A DNA stretch of 48,782 bases from Octopus bimaculoides (Eukaryota): assembly GCF_001194135.2 (NCBI RefSeq), contig NC_068983.1:92096763-92145544 (forward strand), written 5' to 3'. The notes below the pieces were generated by a model that had not been told where the DNA came from, did not search any database, and saw only the letters and a list, made by a program, of their open reading frames with translations. The translations under genes were made by a program, and so were the position numbers. The first letter of the stretch is position 1. Each line of letters starts with the position of its first letter. Shown piece after piece: positions 24,543 through 37,038 of this stretch.

Positions 24543-25300
24543 TGTTCCAGAGGGGAAAGAGAGAGACACAACTGAGTAGAATGTTTAAGAGAAGATTTAT
24601 TGGTATGTTAATGTGTGTGTCTCTGTGTGCGTCATGTATACAGAATAATAGATAAGCCACTGTGAGAACAAAGTGTATGTGTATGGGCATGGATGTATGC
24701 ATGTGTGTTAAGTACATATAAGAATAGCAATGAAGGGGACAGTGAAAGAGTCTATAATGAGAAGCTAGATGAATGTTCATAGACATAAGAATGAGAAATA
24801 CCAGTTCGTAGTCAATTGTACACAGTAGTTGAAATACTGTATCAAGAAGTTGCGGTGATGATGCAGAACCAGAATTGCGGTACATGTCGTATGAAGTTGT
24901 GGTTGTAATGCTGCTGCCTGGGTTACTTGTACAGGAGTTCTCGCAGGTTGTATATTCGCTGTTAACCATAGTGAAGTAATTCGCAAACAGTGCAGTATTG
25001 GAACCTGTGTGAGTTGCTTGTTGAGCTGTGTACATAGAGATGATGTTGATGTTAAGAAGATGATGGTAGTGACGAAGATGGAGGTTGCCATAATGCTGTT
25101 GGATGGGTCATCTGCCATTGTCGCTGGAACTGGCTGTGTCTTGTGTGGTCAGTGGCTAGACCTTAAAAGGTCTGGAACCAAAGACCTCAAGACAAGGAGA
25201 AGGTAATTTTTTTATAAGGAACAGTAGGATTGTGAACAGGTTGTCTCACGTGATCTTATTTAGAGCTCTGATTGATTATACGTTGCAGATTGGTGTGACA
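24543..25300 (-). mobile_element. Possible solo LTR (758 bp)
   Basis: TGT...ACA termini, a minus-strand AATAAA about 55 nt from one end, and CpG richer than the flanks. Flanking sequences do not form a TSD. Confidence 0.3.
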
Positions 25301-25409
25301 TAGTAAGAGACAACGGGGTCCAAATAGCAACCAAAGGTTAGCTATTATGTGCTACATTTGAATGTACATATATATAATAAACGGGAAAAGAATTTCACTA
25401 GAGTGTACA

Positions 25410-26070
25410 CTACAGATTCTTGCAGAAAACAAGAATCCCATGAAATATTGTAATTACTATTCTATATCACAGCCTTTGGCTCACATTAATCTGTCTTTTC
25501 TACTACTTTGAATCCACACATTTAGTTAACATCTCAATGCACTTTTTTCTGACACAATCATGCCTGTGCTTATAATTCTATGCTAGCTTCCTGCATTCAT
25601 TCAAGGGATGGTCAATACTTTCATTTCCTTTCCCACAGATTCTGTGTTTGATCTCTGACAGAGTTTTATCAATATTTGTCTTTATCATTTTAATTTCTTG
25701 CTTCTAAGTAACTATATTTAGATATTTGATTTCTCATTTTAGCTTATTGTCTATCAGCCACAACCAGCATTCTTTAGTTCCAAAATCCTTGATTTGTTGC
25801 ATAAATTGGCCATCTAATTCCTTTTTTCTCCATCTACTTATTCTGTTGTTTTACCTCCTGTTCTTGAATGCTCTTACTGTTTCATTAATTGTTTGATATT
25901 TCTAGTTGTGCATACTATTCTTCCTTCACTACATACAACACAGTTTAGCAATCCTCTGCAACCTTCCTTTCAGGTAGGTAGAGCCTGTCAGTATTACTTT
26001 TAGGGTGGTACACATTGTGCATTGTGAGCAGCTTCTTAGTTCTTCTGTTTAAGCCCTGTAGCTTTTAGAA
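25410..26070 (-). mobile_element. Third R4/Dong-clade fragment (degenerate)
   Basis: Minus strand reads KLLTMHNVYHPKSNTDRLYLP, then remnants of GQF, KTNIDK, HRICGK..ESIDH and YKHRHD (CCHC region). Confidence 0.7.
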
Positions 26071-26559
26071 AAGGACAGTCCACTGTTCCTTGAAAACACT
26101 GTCAAAGTGCAGATGGAAAACAACATTCATGTGTTTGAAACTAGAAAGCTCATGCCTGCTGCAATCCATCTTGGACTTAATTCTAGCTTTGTTGTTACAG
26201 CTCCATTAGTTGAGTCCAACTGACAGCTTTCATACCTTCATGTTTCAGCACAATTACCCTAACTTGGACAGCACACCCTTTATATTTCACTGCAAAGTAA
26301 TGGTCAAAGGGCCATTCTTGCCACAAGCACTATTCTTACAATATCTCTTCTATGCAACTAGTTTTTCTTCTATTTCATTGTTACAACTAAAAGATGCTTC
26401 TCTGACTTTTCTTTATAGTGAAACCCATCAACTGTTGTTGATGATGGCTCCTGTCAATTTCCACTTCACTAGCGCCCAGTCAAATCCCTGAAATCTTGCA
26501 CCATTCATTTCCCTGTAACCAGGTTCTTGTCTATTTGTCTTGTGAAATTGATTGTAAAG

Positions 26560-27200
26560 GTTACAAATTTGTGGTGTGAAACTGTGGACAACTTATACTG
26601 AATTATTTGCTAACCTGACAAAAATCCTATCTAAATGATCCACTATGATTTTGATCATGTCCATATTAGCATATTAGGGGAATTGGAGCAAAACCTGTCA
26701 GGCAGTTGACTGTGCTAGAGATTTTTTTCAAGGATTTTGCACCCTACTCTTCTATCCATTATTCCCATATAGTCTTCCCACTAACATTGAAGACTCTAAA
26801 GAAACCTGGCTGTTGAATCATAAAGAGGCACTAGTCTGAAGGCTGCATCATCACCCTTATTGCTGCTTAGATCCAAAGGTATCGGTCTATCAATCAGGAT
26901 TAGAAAAACTGCACTTACCTTTATGTCAAGGTCATTCTGAAACAGCACTGCCATACCACTTTATGCAAGCCTACTTCACTTAATCTGGATAAGTGGCTTA
27001 AGCCACATAGGCTTCTAAAAGATAGGTAAATGACTGTGTTTTAGAAGTCCTGGTTTCACTAATGGCTACTGCATCCCTACATGGTAACTTGAGGTAACTG
27101 ATTAGATGTCCCCGCTTCCCTGTCTCTCCACTATGAGCATTTATACAACCTATTCTCAGTATTACTATTTCAGGAGGCAGGAAAGAAACAAACAAAAACA
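26560..27200 (-). mobile_element. L1/Tx1-like APE endonuclease relic
   Basis: RIGCINAHS...AVAISETR (APE motifs I and II) and, downstream, DHLDRIFVR. Confidence 0.55.
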
Positions 27201-27501
27201 AAAAAGCGGGTCAGTCACTTAACCTAGTTTTTTGGTTTATTCTTTTTTCAGGGCCTTTGTACTTGTCTCCAAAATTTTTCTGAATAAACTTTTAAAATGT
27301 TCCACATCATGTGGGCAATGCTTTCTTAAAATACAGCATATTATCAGTGTAGTTGAACACTTGTCAGCTGGAACTCTTGTTGTAACTGATGGAGAGTCAG
27401 ACCATTATGTAGTTCTTACTAGTACTTTCTCTTGTAGTGTTTTGGAAAGGGAGAGTGCATGAAAGCCCTCACCTGTTGTTAAAATTTTGCCTACAGACAT
27501 A

Positions 27502-27870
27502 GGCGCAGGTGTGGTTGTGTGGTAAGAAGTTTGATTCCCAATCACATGGTTCTAGGTTCAGTCCCACAGCGTGGCACCTTCGGTTAGCATCTTCTATAGC
27601 GTTGAACTGACCAAAGCCTTGTGAGTGAGCTTGGTAGGCAAAAACTGGAGAAAGCCCATCATGTGTGTGTGTGTATTTGTTTCCCATTAGCACTTGACAA
27701 CTGGTGTTGGTGTGTTTACATCCCTGTAACTAAGCAGTTCAACAAATGAGACCAATAAAATAAACACCAGGCTTTGAAAAAAGTACTTGGGTTGGTTCAT
27801 TCAACCAAAACTCTTCAGGGTAATACCTCAACATGGCCACAATCTAATGACTGAAACAAGTAAAAGATAA
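27502..27870 (+). mobile_element. Near-complete tRNA-derived SINE
   Basis: Head ggcgcaggtgtggttgtgtggtaag (A-box-like), ggttcagtccc (B-box), a short internal (TG)n, and terminus gactgaaacaagtaaaagataa. Homologous to 5962-6328. Confidence 0.85.
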
Positions 27871-28077
27871 ACTCTATCGACTCTTCATTTTCCTTTCAGA
27901 TAACTGTGTAATTTGAAGGAGCTTGTTCATGAATGGTTGCTGTAGCTGCTCTGTCTCTTGTGGCTGGTATGGTTGTTGTCTTGGTTGCTTTTAATAATGC
28001 TTTCTGTTCCTGATTTTCATGCATCTCTCATTGTTGCTGTAGATGTTGTTTCTGTTTTTTTTTTGTGTTTGTTTGTT

Positions 28078-28120
<43 letters not shown>

Positions 28121-28189
28121 GATTTATTCTACAAGATAAGCTGCTTTTTAAACATTCAAATGCACCTGCTGATCATTGTATAACTATTT

Positions 28190-28400
28190 CTAATAAAGGT
28201 AAAAGGCTACAAATATGTAGGAGGGATTAATCAATTAAATCAACCACAGTAATCAACTGGTACTTTATTTTATCAACTCCAGAAGATTGATAGGCAAAAT
28301 TAACCTCATCAGGATTTTATCTCATCATGTCAAAAGACAGAACAAATAAATTATGGCATTTCATCTGATGCTTAAGCAATTTTGCTCTACCTCATCTAAT
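28190..28400 (-). mobile_element. Degraded SINE of the 4340-type family
   Basis: aactggtactttattttatcaactccagaagattgataggcaaaattaacctc...gcttaagca. Confidence 0.55.
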
Positions 28401-28561
28401 GAACTAAGAAATATTTCCTGTTATGTTATAAGCTGCTGCTTCAATATGTACTGAGTTTTATTGTTAATCTTGATTTGTATTATTAAACATATACTTAACT
28501 TATTTCTTTGCTTTTTTGCAAATTGCTGTAGATATGATTTACTGTTGTCTGTTCTTTTTAG

Positions 28562-28677
28562 ATTGGAAAATGTTCCAAACTTGGGGTTTTATCTCTGCGA
28601 GATAACCGCTTGCTTCGACTTCCCCAAGAATTGGGCAATTTGAAGGAACTTCATGTCATGGATGTTTCAGGAAACAG
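28562..28677 (+). CDS. scrib: Scribble-like exon E (116 nt, phase 0 to 2)
   Basis: ttttag|ATT...AACAG|gtttgc. Translates IGKCSKLGVLSLRDNRLLRLPQELGNLKELHVMDVSGN(R); matches VLSLRDNRL...ELHVxDVxGNR. I found no next exon before the window end. Confidence 0.88.
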
Positions 28678-29737
28678 GTTTGCTTAAATTTTTTTTTCAT
28701 TTCCTCCCAGCAGTTCCTCTGTAACTGTTATTACCATTATCATTCAGCTCCTTTTATTTCTCCCCCCTCTATAGTACTCACCTTATGTTTTTTTCTTTTC
28801 CTAAGATGGCTTAGATATGTCAGTAAACTCCTTATTTTCTTACTAATGTAGTAATATTTTCAAAGGTTAATACATTTTATAATTTGGTTTATTATATAAG
28901 GGAAGAGAAATACACTTGTATAACTTCCATGACTTACCTCAAAATTTTAATTGCAAAACAAAAATTACAAAAAAATGGGCTGGAACTAAGATTCAACTCC
29001 CTATGAGCTAACTTTACTCCACAGCTTCCTGCCTTTTAAAATACATTATGACTACCTGTGTTGTAGATAAAAACAACATATTCCTTTAATTGATGTTCAT
29101 GATAAACTTATTGATAAAGTGCTGCATTTGAGTTGTAATTGAAACTACTTTACAACTTGAACTTCATGAAACTTACATAACTTAAGGTAATAAAGTCAAA
29201 ATGTTTTATAGTATTCTAGGAATCAATTCATTTAGTTTTGATTCCTCTTTTTCTTTTCTCTTTTTTTCTCCTTTCTTTCTCTCTCTCTCTTGCTCTGACA
29301 TGTTTTATATTCCAAGATGAAATGAAACCATTAGATTTTATGGGAATTATAAATCAGATAGATTTCCATAAGTTTTCAACCAATTACTAAATCATTTAAA
29401 AATTTGAATTACATATGTGCACTTTTTATGTATGCCCATACAAACATTTTTACAAATTCACAGTGTCATTGAATTTAAGTATAGACAACTGATTATATTG
29501 TTGTAAATTTAGCTCTTGCTATTTATCTCTTTCAAATAATAATATTTGTGCTAGTGAGCCTTGCTCACAAAAGACAAAAAAAGGCATTCTACTCATTAAG
29601 TTGGAAAAGTATCCCTCTGTATAAACTATTATTCTAACATAAAGAAGCATGAAAACCTGTATGTAGTTGTTTGAATTGCCAGAATAATAACTGAATCTCC
29701 TACTAATTACTTCTACTTCCTTACAAAGAGAAAGTTC

Positions 29738-32700
29738 ATCGTCATCATTTAACATCCATTGTCCATGCTGGCATGGGTTGGATAGTTTGACTAAGCTGGC
29801 ACACTGGAAAGCTGCACCAGACTCCAGTCTGATTTGACATGGTTTTCTATGGCTGGATCTCCTTCTTATGCCAACCACTCTGAAAGTGTAATGGATACTT
29901 TTATGTGCCACCAGTACAAGTGCCATTTGCATGACACCGGGATGCATTTACATGTCATTGGCATGGAGGCCAATCTGCGTGACATTGGTATCTACTATGG
30001 CTGTGATTTTGCTCAGCTTGATAGGTCTTCTTCTCATGATGCCGTCATCATGCCAAAGGTCTTGGTTATTGTCTCCATGTGGCCTAACACTCGAAAGGAA
30101 CTCAGCCACTTTGCCTCTGTCAGGCCCAATGCTCAAGAGAAACTCAGTCATTTTGCCCCTGTGTGGCCCAATACTCGAAAGGAACCCAGCCACTTTTCCT
30201 CTGTGGGGCCCAATGCTTGAAAGGAACTCAGCTACTTTGCCTCCATCAGGCCCAACGTTCAAAGGATGTTCTTTATGTGCTACCAGCACAGGTACACTTG
30301 GCTTTACGAGTCCTCTCAAGCACAGTACATTGCCAAAGGTCTCAGTCACCAGTCATTGCCTCTGTGAAGCTCAAAGTTTGAAGATCATGCTTCACCACCT
30401 TATCCCATGTCTTCCTGGGTCTACCTCTATCACAGGTTCCCTCCACAGTTAGAGATCAGCACTTCTTTACATAGCTCTCCTTGTACATACACATCACATG
30501 ACCATACCAGCGCAGTCATCTCTCTTGCACACCACATCTGACTCCTCTTATGCCTAACTTTTCTGTCAAGATACTTACACTCTGTCGAACATGCACACTG
30601 ACATTGCACATCCAGCGAAGCATACTGGCTTCATTTCTTTCAAGTCTATGCATGTCCTTGGCTATCATAGCCCATGTTTCACTGCCATGCAGCATGACTG
30701 TTGGCACACAGGCATTAAACAATCTGCCTTCTTCTCTGAGAGAGAGGCGCTTTGTTGCTAGCAGGGGTAGGAGCTCTCTGAATTTTGTCCAGCCTAATCT
30801 TATTCTCACAGCTATGCTCTCGGAGCATCCACCTCCACTACTAACTTGGTTACTTAGATAATGGAAGCTATCTACTACCTGTAGCTTGCCTCCCTGGCAG
30901 TTGATGGAGTCTATTTTCTGTGCATTTTCAGTGTTTACTGTACCTGTGCACCTTCCACATACAAAAGTTAGTTTTCCTGTTAATCTTCCTCTGATTTTGC
31001 TGCACCTTTTATGTGCCCAAAGCTTACACTGGGTGCATCTTATGGAGTTTCTGCCTACACCTTTTCTACAGATTGAGCAGGACCTTCTACCTGAAGGGAT
31101 TTGTGATTTGTCTGCTTTCCTACTTACTATGACTTTGGTTTTTGCTAGGTTAACTCTAAGGCCCTTTGATTCAGACCTTACTTCCATACTTGAAACTTCT
31201 TCTCTGGTTCAGGTAGTGATTTAGCTATAAGAGCAAAGTCATCAGCATAGAGGAGCTCCCAGGGGCAGCCTGTCTTGAATTATTCTGTTATTGCCTGGAG
31301 GTCTATGAGGGGGCTGAGCACCAATCCTTAGTAAACCGCTACTTGTACCCAGAATTCTTTGCTGTACTTATTGCCCACCCTCACCTTACTGGTAGCGTCC
31401 CTGTACAAAGTTTGTGCAGCCCTCACCAGCCACCTGTCTTTCCCTAGTTTCCCTGTCATCATATCCTTAATTGCTTTATCTACCATCATACTGTTGATTC
31501 AGGTAGCTGGTCCCTCAATTGGGTCAACATTTGGCAGACTATCCTATTCATTGTCCACGTTCAACAGTCTTTCATAATGGCATCTCCAAGCCTCTTTCTT
31601 TGCAGACTCGTTAAAAGCAAGTGCACCATCATCCATGTCTCCTATAAAATCACAATTTTCTCTCACACACTGTCTTGCAATCCGAAATACTTCAGTTCTT
31701 TGGCTCACGATGTTAAACATAGGCAAACTTCTTTTTTGCTTCTCCTTTGGCTAGATATACCGGTCTCCTAGCTTCCCTTCTGGCTATCTCATACAGTTCC
31801 CTGCTGCCTCCACTCTTCCAGGCCTGTTTCTTTTCTCTTATGGCCCTGTCTATAGTATTGTTTCACTACCACGTTNNNNNNNNNNNNNNNNNNNNNNNNN
31901 NNNNNNNNNNNNNNNNNNNNNNNNNNNNNNNNNNNNNNNNNNNNNNNNNNNNNNNNNNNNNNNNNNNNNNNNNNNNNNNNNNNNNNNNNNNNNNNNNNNN
32001 NNNNNNNNNNNNNNNNNNNNNNNNNNNNNNNNNNNNNNNNNNNNNNNNNNNNNNNNNNNNNNNNNNNNNNNNNNNNNNNNNNNNNNNNNNNNNNNNNNNN
32101 NNNNNNNNNNNNNNNNNNNNNNNNNNNNNNNNNNNNNNNNNNNNNNNNNNNNNNNNATCCTTCTTTTCCAGATTAGTCTGTTTTTTGGCATCCTTCTGGC
32201 CTGGTGTCTGAACTCGCTAATGACTAGTCTATGCTAGGGGGTAGGGGTTACATTCTTTGCCAGAGGGTGGTCTTTGTATTTAAGAGCAACCATGCATCCG
32301 GCTGTCTGGTGAGAATGAAATCAATCTGGTTAGCAGAGTCACCTGATTGGTAGGTTATCAGGTGGCTGGCTGGCTTCCTGAAGTTGGTGTTGCAGATCAA
32401 AAGGTTATTTGCATCATAGAACTCCAGTATCTTTGTTCATTCTTCGTATGAACACCATGGAAGATACCAGGCTGCCGTTCGACATGTCCATTGAAATCCC
32501 CAGCTGTGAAAATGAGATCATTGTCACTTGTCTTTGAGGTAGCCTGCAAAAGAATACCATAAAAGTGGTCCTTTTGTTCATTTGGTAGGCCTGCTTGTGG
32601 GCCTTAGGCAGATATAACTGTAGCTATACTATTCTGCAAGACTAGCCTGAGCTTAAGTACTCTATAACACACTCTGACTACCTCTATGACCTTAACCACC

Positions 32701-32900
32701 TTAGCCGTTTCTCTGCAACAAGTATGCCCACACCACCTACTCCGTCACTGTTACCTTCCCAGAAGATTTTATACCTATGTGTCTTGCCTGTGAGGAACCT
32801 GGCTGAAGCTCCTCTCCACCTAATGTCTCGGATTCAACATACATCAACACACCTCTGTTAGACCTACATTTATAGTGCCAACTCTGAAAACTGGGAAAGG
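29738..32900 (-). mobile_element. Long RTE-clade LINE (family 1), internally deleted, spanning the gap 31876-32156
   Basis: APE motifs at 32200-32900 (RVGTINVG, AGDFNGHV, QIDFIL). RT C-terminus ELLYADD and GLRVNLAKTKV, an inserted CSICRKGVGRNSIRCTQCKLWAHKRC module, and MLHGSETW. 3' stem ccatgc-tg-gcatgg with a (GAT)n-like tail. Confidence 0.9.
30081..30265. repeat. 42-bp tandem repeat, about 4.4 copies, in the RTE 3' UTR
   Basis: ggcct/ggccc anchors at 30081, 30123, 30165, 30207 and 30249, an exact 42-bp period. Confidence 0.92.
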
Positions 32901-33298
32901 GATGTGGGAGAGAACGTAGAAAGGAGAGATGTTATTCAGCACCAGAAAAGAAGGTTTCTGTGATCATTTGATAACAGACATGTCATAACAGTTGTTCTTG
33001 CTTTTAACCTATCATCATTCAAGTATGTTAAAATTGTTGCCTCTATAGGGGATGAGAGTAAGGTAAGCATTGTAATATAAGTGTAGATATAAATATGCGA
33101 ATGTTAAATTAAGTAATGGGCTGCTATTTGTTTGGATTAGTCCATTCTGAATATATTTATATATATATATATATNNNNNNNNNNNNNNNNNNNNNNNNNN
33201 NNNNNNNNNNNNNNNNNNNNNNNNNNNNNNNNNNNNNNNNNNNNNNNNNNNNNNNNNNNNNNNNNNNNNNNNNNNNNNNNNNNNNNNNNNNNNNNNNN

Positions 33299-33337
<39 letters not shown>

Positions 33338-33447
33338 CGTGTGAGAGGAAGATTGTTTGGAAGGAAGGGAAGGAAAGAGGCATGTCGGTCTTCTGGTGCA
33401 GAAGTGAGGCAGAACACCATGGGAGATTTCAGTATGAGGGAAGAGTT

Positions 33448-33577
33448 TACCGGTATAAGAGAAGAAATTACCAGTATGAGAAAAGATTACCGGTACAAGA
33501 GAAGGGATTACCAGTATTGAGAGAAGGGATTTCCAGTGCAGGAGAAGTGATTTCCAATAAGTGAGAAGGGAGTTTCT
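33448..33577. repeat. Degenerate 19-22 bp tandem repeat, about 6 copies
   Basis: Units such as ttaccggtataagagaagaaa, ttaccggtacaagagaaggga and tttccagtgcaggagaagtga. Confidence 0.8.
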
Positions 33578-33639
33578 GAAATTTGTTGATGAGGGCAGGA
33601 ATGGGTGGTTGTATCATGAACAAGATATGGAAGAAAAGG

Positions 33640-34325
33640 CTAGCTTTGTCACATGAAAATTGAAACATCAAAGCAAAGAACAATGGGAACACATGAGAAT
33701 TATGACAACTTGTTACAGAAAGTAATGAATTACAGGTTAGCTTTGACACAAGAAAATCGAAATAGCAATGAAGCAAAGAACGATAGAAACACATGAGAAT
33801 AATGTCAAGTATTTAAAGGGATACAGTTCTAGATTCTAGAAATTATTAGAGAAAGTAACAAATTACAGGTTATGAAGTTATTTTATCTCAAGAATGTTAG
33901 CATGTTAGTAATACATCTTAAATGAATGAAAAGAATGATGAATGATTAAAAACTAGAGAAGTTTCTTAGCTTAGTGGCTGGACATTTCATGTTATGATAT
34001 GATGGTGTCAACTAGCAGAGCAAGTTGAGGTTTGAAAGAAACCATGTGCGAAGGGGTTCTTTATATAATCTACAGTTGGAAGTGGTCAAATAGGAGGCTG
34101 GCTTCACCACAAGAAAATCGAAATGGCAGCAAAGGACAATAGGGAAATGGAAGAAAGAAATGGCTAGCTTCACAAACAAGAAATGAAAGAAATGGCTAGC
34201 TTCGCCACAAGGAAATCAAAACAGCAAAGCAAAGAATAATAGAAACACATGAGAATTATCTCAACGATTTAAAGGGAAATGATTCTAGAAGTTATTAGAG
34301 AAAGTAACAACTTACAGGTTAGCTT
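33640..34325. repeat. Degenerate 100-130 bp purine-rich direct repeats
   Basis: gctagctt.c.ca..aaat.gaa...aagcaaagaa..at..aacacatgagaat...gaaagtaa....ttacaggtta recurs at about 33640, 33741 and 34195, with partial heads at about 34095 and 34160. Confidence 0.75.
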
Positions 34326-34601
34326 AACCATTGGATAATGTAGTTCTATTATTATTATTCTTTTTCATTACTTGTCATTACATAAATAACTGGAGTGAAC
34401 CGTACAGAAAATTATTGTTTGAAAGTGTACTAAAGTCTTTGACACTCCAACAATTGAGGCATTGAGTTCATGAGCAAAACGCTTCATCTCACATTGACCT
34501 GTGATCATTTCAACGCCTGATGCGTGGTACACAGTGCACCTTTTCAAACAACATTGATTTGATAGAGAGAGTGAGTTAATGTGCAGCACAAACATTGGAA
34601 C

Positions 34602-35060
34602 ATCATCATCGCCATTTAACGTCCGCTTTCCATGCTGGTATGGGTTGGATGGTTTGACTGAGGACTGGCAAGCCAGAAGTCTACCAGGCTCCAATCTGAT
34701 CTTGTAAGGTTTCTACAGCTGGATGCCCTTCCTATCACCAACCACTCCGAGAGTGTAGTGGGTGCTTTTTATGTGCCACAGGCTTGAGGGCCAGTCAGGC
34801 GGTACAGGCATTGACTATACTTGAATGGTGCTTTTTACAAACCACCTGCATGGGAATCACTCAGGCGGCACTGGCAACAACCACACTCAAATGGTGCTTT
34901 TTATATGCCACTGGCATGGGTGCCAGTCAGGCGGTACTGTCATCAGCCATGACAATGACTTCCTTTGACTCAATAGGTCTTCGCAAGCACAGTTTATTGT
35001 TCAATGATTGAAGGGTACTCTTGAATGGGCCGGTTATGCTGCACTTGTGTAGGCTATGGA
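34602..35060 (-). mobile_element. 3'-UTR-only copy of RTE family 1 with a 66-bp array
   Basis: Reverse complement of 40890-41270 plus the terminal catcatc...tttaacgtccgctttccatgc. Array anchors at 34790, 34856 and 34922. Confidence 0.85.
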
Positions 35061-35134
35061 ACACTATAAACAAATCATTTGTGCAGGTCGTTCAGCAAGA
35101 GCTGAATGCTCATAAGTTGTCTTTGATGGGAGAG

Positions 35135-36115
35135 TCCATCATATATATATATATATATATATATGTTGTACATATGTATATGTATGTATGTATGTATCTA
35201 TGTACATATATTCTCTCTCTGTTTATTTTCTCTTATTCCTTTCTGTTGAAGAGCAGAGGCTCAAAACGTAAAAGACTTTTTCATTTTCCTGAGCATCAGA
35301 TTAATACACTTGTTGTTCATACACTTCGTCTTTTGTTTCAACTATGTATATACACACATATATGTATATATGTGTGTGTCTGTCTGTCTGTCATTCAGTT
35401 TATTTCAAGATTTCTTGCAAATAGAGAAAGAACCAGTTTCTAACCTAGATCCAAGGGTCCTTCATTGGAATTTCAGCATCAACAACAGGGTATTTTTGTA
35501 TGTTTGTATGTATGTATGTTTGTATGCATGCATGCATGCATGCATGCATGTATGTCTGTGCAGATTTGTATGTTTTATGTATGTATTCTCATGCATATAG
35601 TTAGATGTCTAGACATGCTCATATACATTTAAATGATAAACTGGAAAGTTTTACAGATTTTTGCAGTTCTAGTGATGGATTGGATCTGTAGCCTTTGAAT
35701 TAACTTTCTCCTTTCTGGTTTTTAGAAGCCTAATTTCTCAAGATTGGTATTTAGGCAGTGTATTACATATTCCAGGGCCTCAATAATTACAGGTATAAAC
35801 CTGAACTTATAATCTGTAATAGAGTAACTGTAGATTTCTCAATAGTTCAACATAGGTGTTCTCTTTTTCACTGATCTTCAGCTTTATGTTAACATCCGTT
35901 GGGCAGCTAATTTCTACAATTGTGCAGTTTCTTTTCACTATCCCAAATCATTATATCAGGTCTGTTGTGCTTACATTTTACTGAAGCCTTCACTGATACA
36001 TTCCACGAATATTCCTTTTCATTACGAATGACTATGGCTTCTATGTATGTGTGTGTGTGTGTGTGTGTGTGTATTTATATGTATGTATATATATATATGT
36101 ATATATATATATATC

Positions 36116-36165
<50 letters not shown>

Positions 36166-36397
36166 GAAGAGATACACCTGGTCTGCCGGATGCTCCTGAA
36201 CCAATTGCTGAGTGTTCCACCTGTGAGGGATTGATGCTAGATGTGTCAAAATAATTGCCGTGATTGATAATAAATTCTCGTATATTCCATCTTCTGTCTT
36301 TCATTTGCCATATAACAATCACTGTGAAAGCGACCGTGCTTTCCCAGTATGCTTCCAGGTGTAAGCCATTCGTTTTATTATCTAATATATATATGTA

Positions 36398-36465
<68 letters not shown>
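35135..36465. repeat. Cluster of compound microsatellites: (TA)n, (TG)n, (TATG)n, (TGCA)n
   Basis: Read directly at about 35140-35195, 35490-35550, 36040-36162 and 36385-36465. Confidence 0.95.
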
Positions 36466-36468
<3 letters not shown>

Positions 36469-36469
36469 T

Positions 36470-36820
36470 TAAGGAATGGAGAAAACGCATGTTATAATTG
36501 TATATTTTATTCCTACATATGTTTCAAAGGATTACAACCTGTGTAATCCATAGGGATCTGTGATATTAAAATTGTAACCTTCTCTTCAGGGAATGCATGG
36601 GAATCATCTTAAACGTAAGACATTATGACCGAGTATGAAAACAATAGATGATTCACTTGAAAAAAACCGTTAGAAAATTGGACGCTACCGGATAGTGGTT
36701 ACAATTATAATATCACAATTTTAATATCACAGATCCCTATGGATCACACAGGTTGTAATCCTTTGAAACATATGTAGGAATAAAGTATACAATTAAAACA
36801 TGCGTTTTCTCCATTCCTTA
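36470..36820. mobile_element. MITE, about 350 bp, with about 110-bp TIRs and a probable TA TSD
   Basis: TA-aggaatggagaaaacgcatg...gatattaaaattgtaacc (36470-36579) is mirrored by ggttacaatt...catgcgttttctccattcct-TA (36698-36820). The right arm has a 14-nt duplication. It abuts a (TA)n tract. Confidence 0.88.
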
Positions 36821-37038
36821 CATTTTTAAATATACTCAAATACCCAAAATTTCAAGGAGTTCCTGCCTTAAAAACAGGAACTACACCACAGTTATTTTGT
36901 GTTCTTTGCTACATTGGTTTCTATTAACCCATTTATTCTATCCGAAGAATTTTTATTCATTAAGATAGAAGAAATACATATAATTATATATATATATATA
37001 TATACAAGAATAAGGGCAGAGAATCGTCAATTAATAAT

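Noticed and set aside
28461-28643. ORF-track 60-aa protein overlapping exon E
   Set aside because: Wrong frame. The true LRR frame starts at the acceptor at 28562.
35021-36546. ORFs rich in YI, VC and HT dipeptides (also at 5961-6291 and 45122-45638)
   Set aside because: They are translations of dinucleotide microsatellites.
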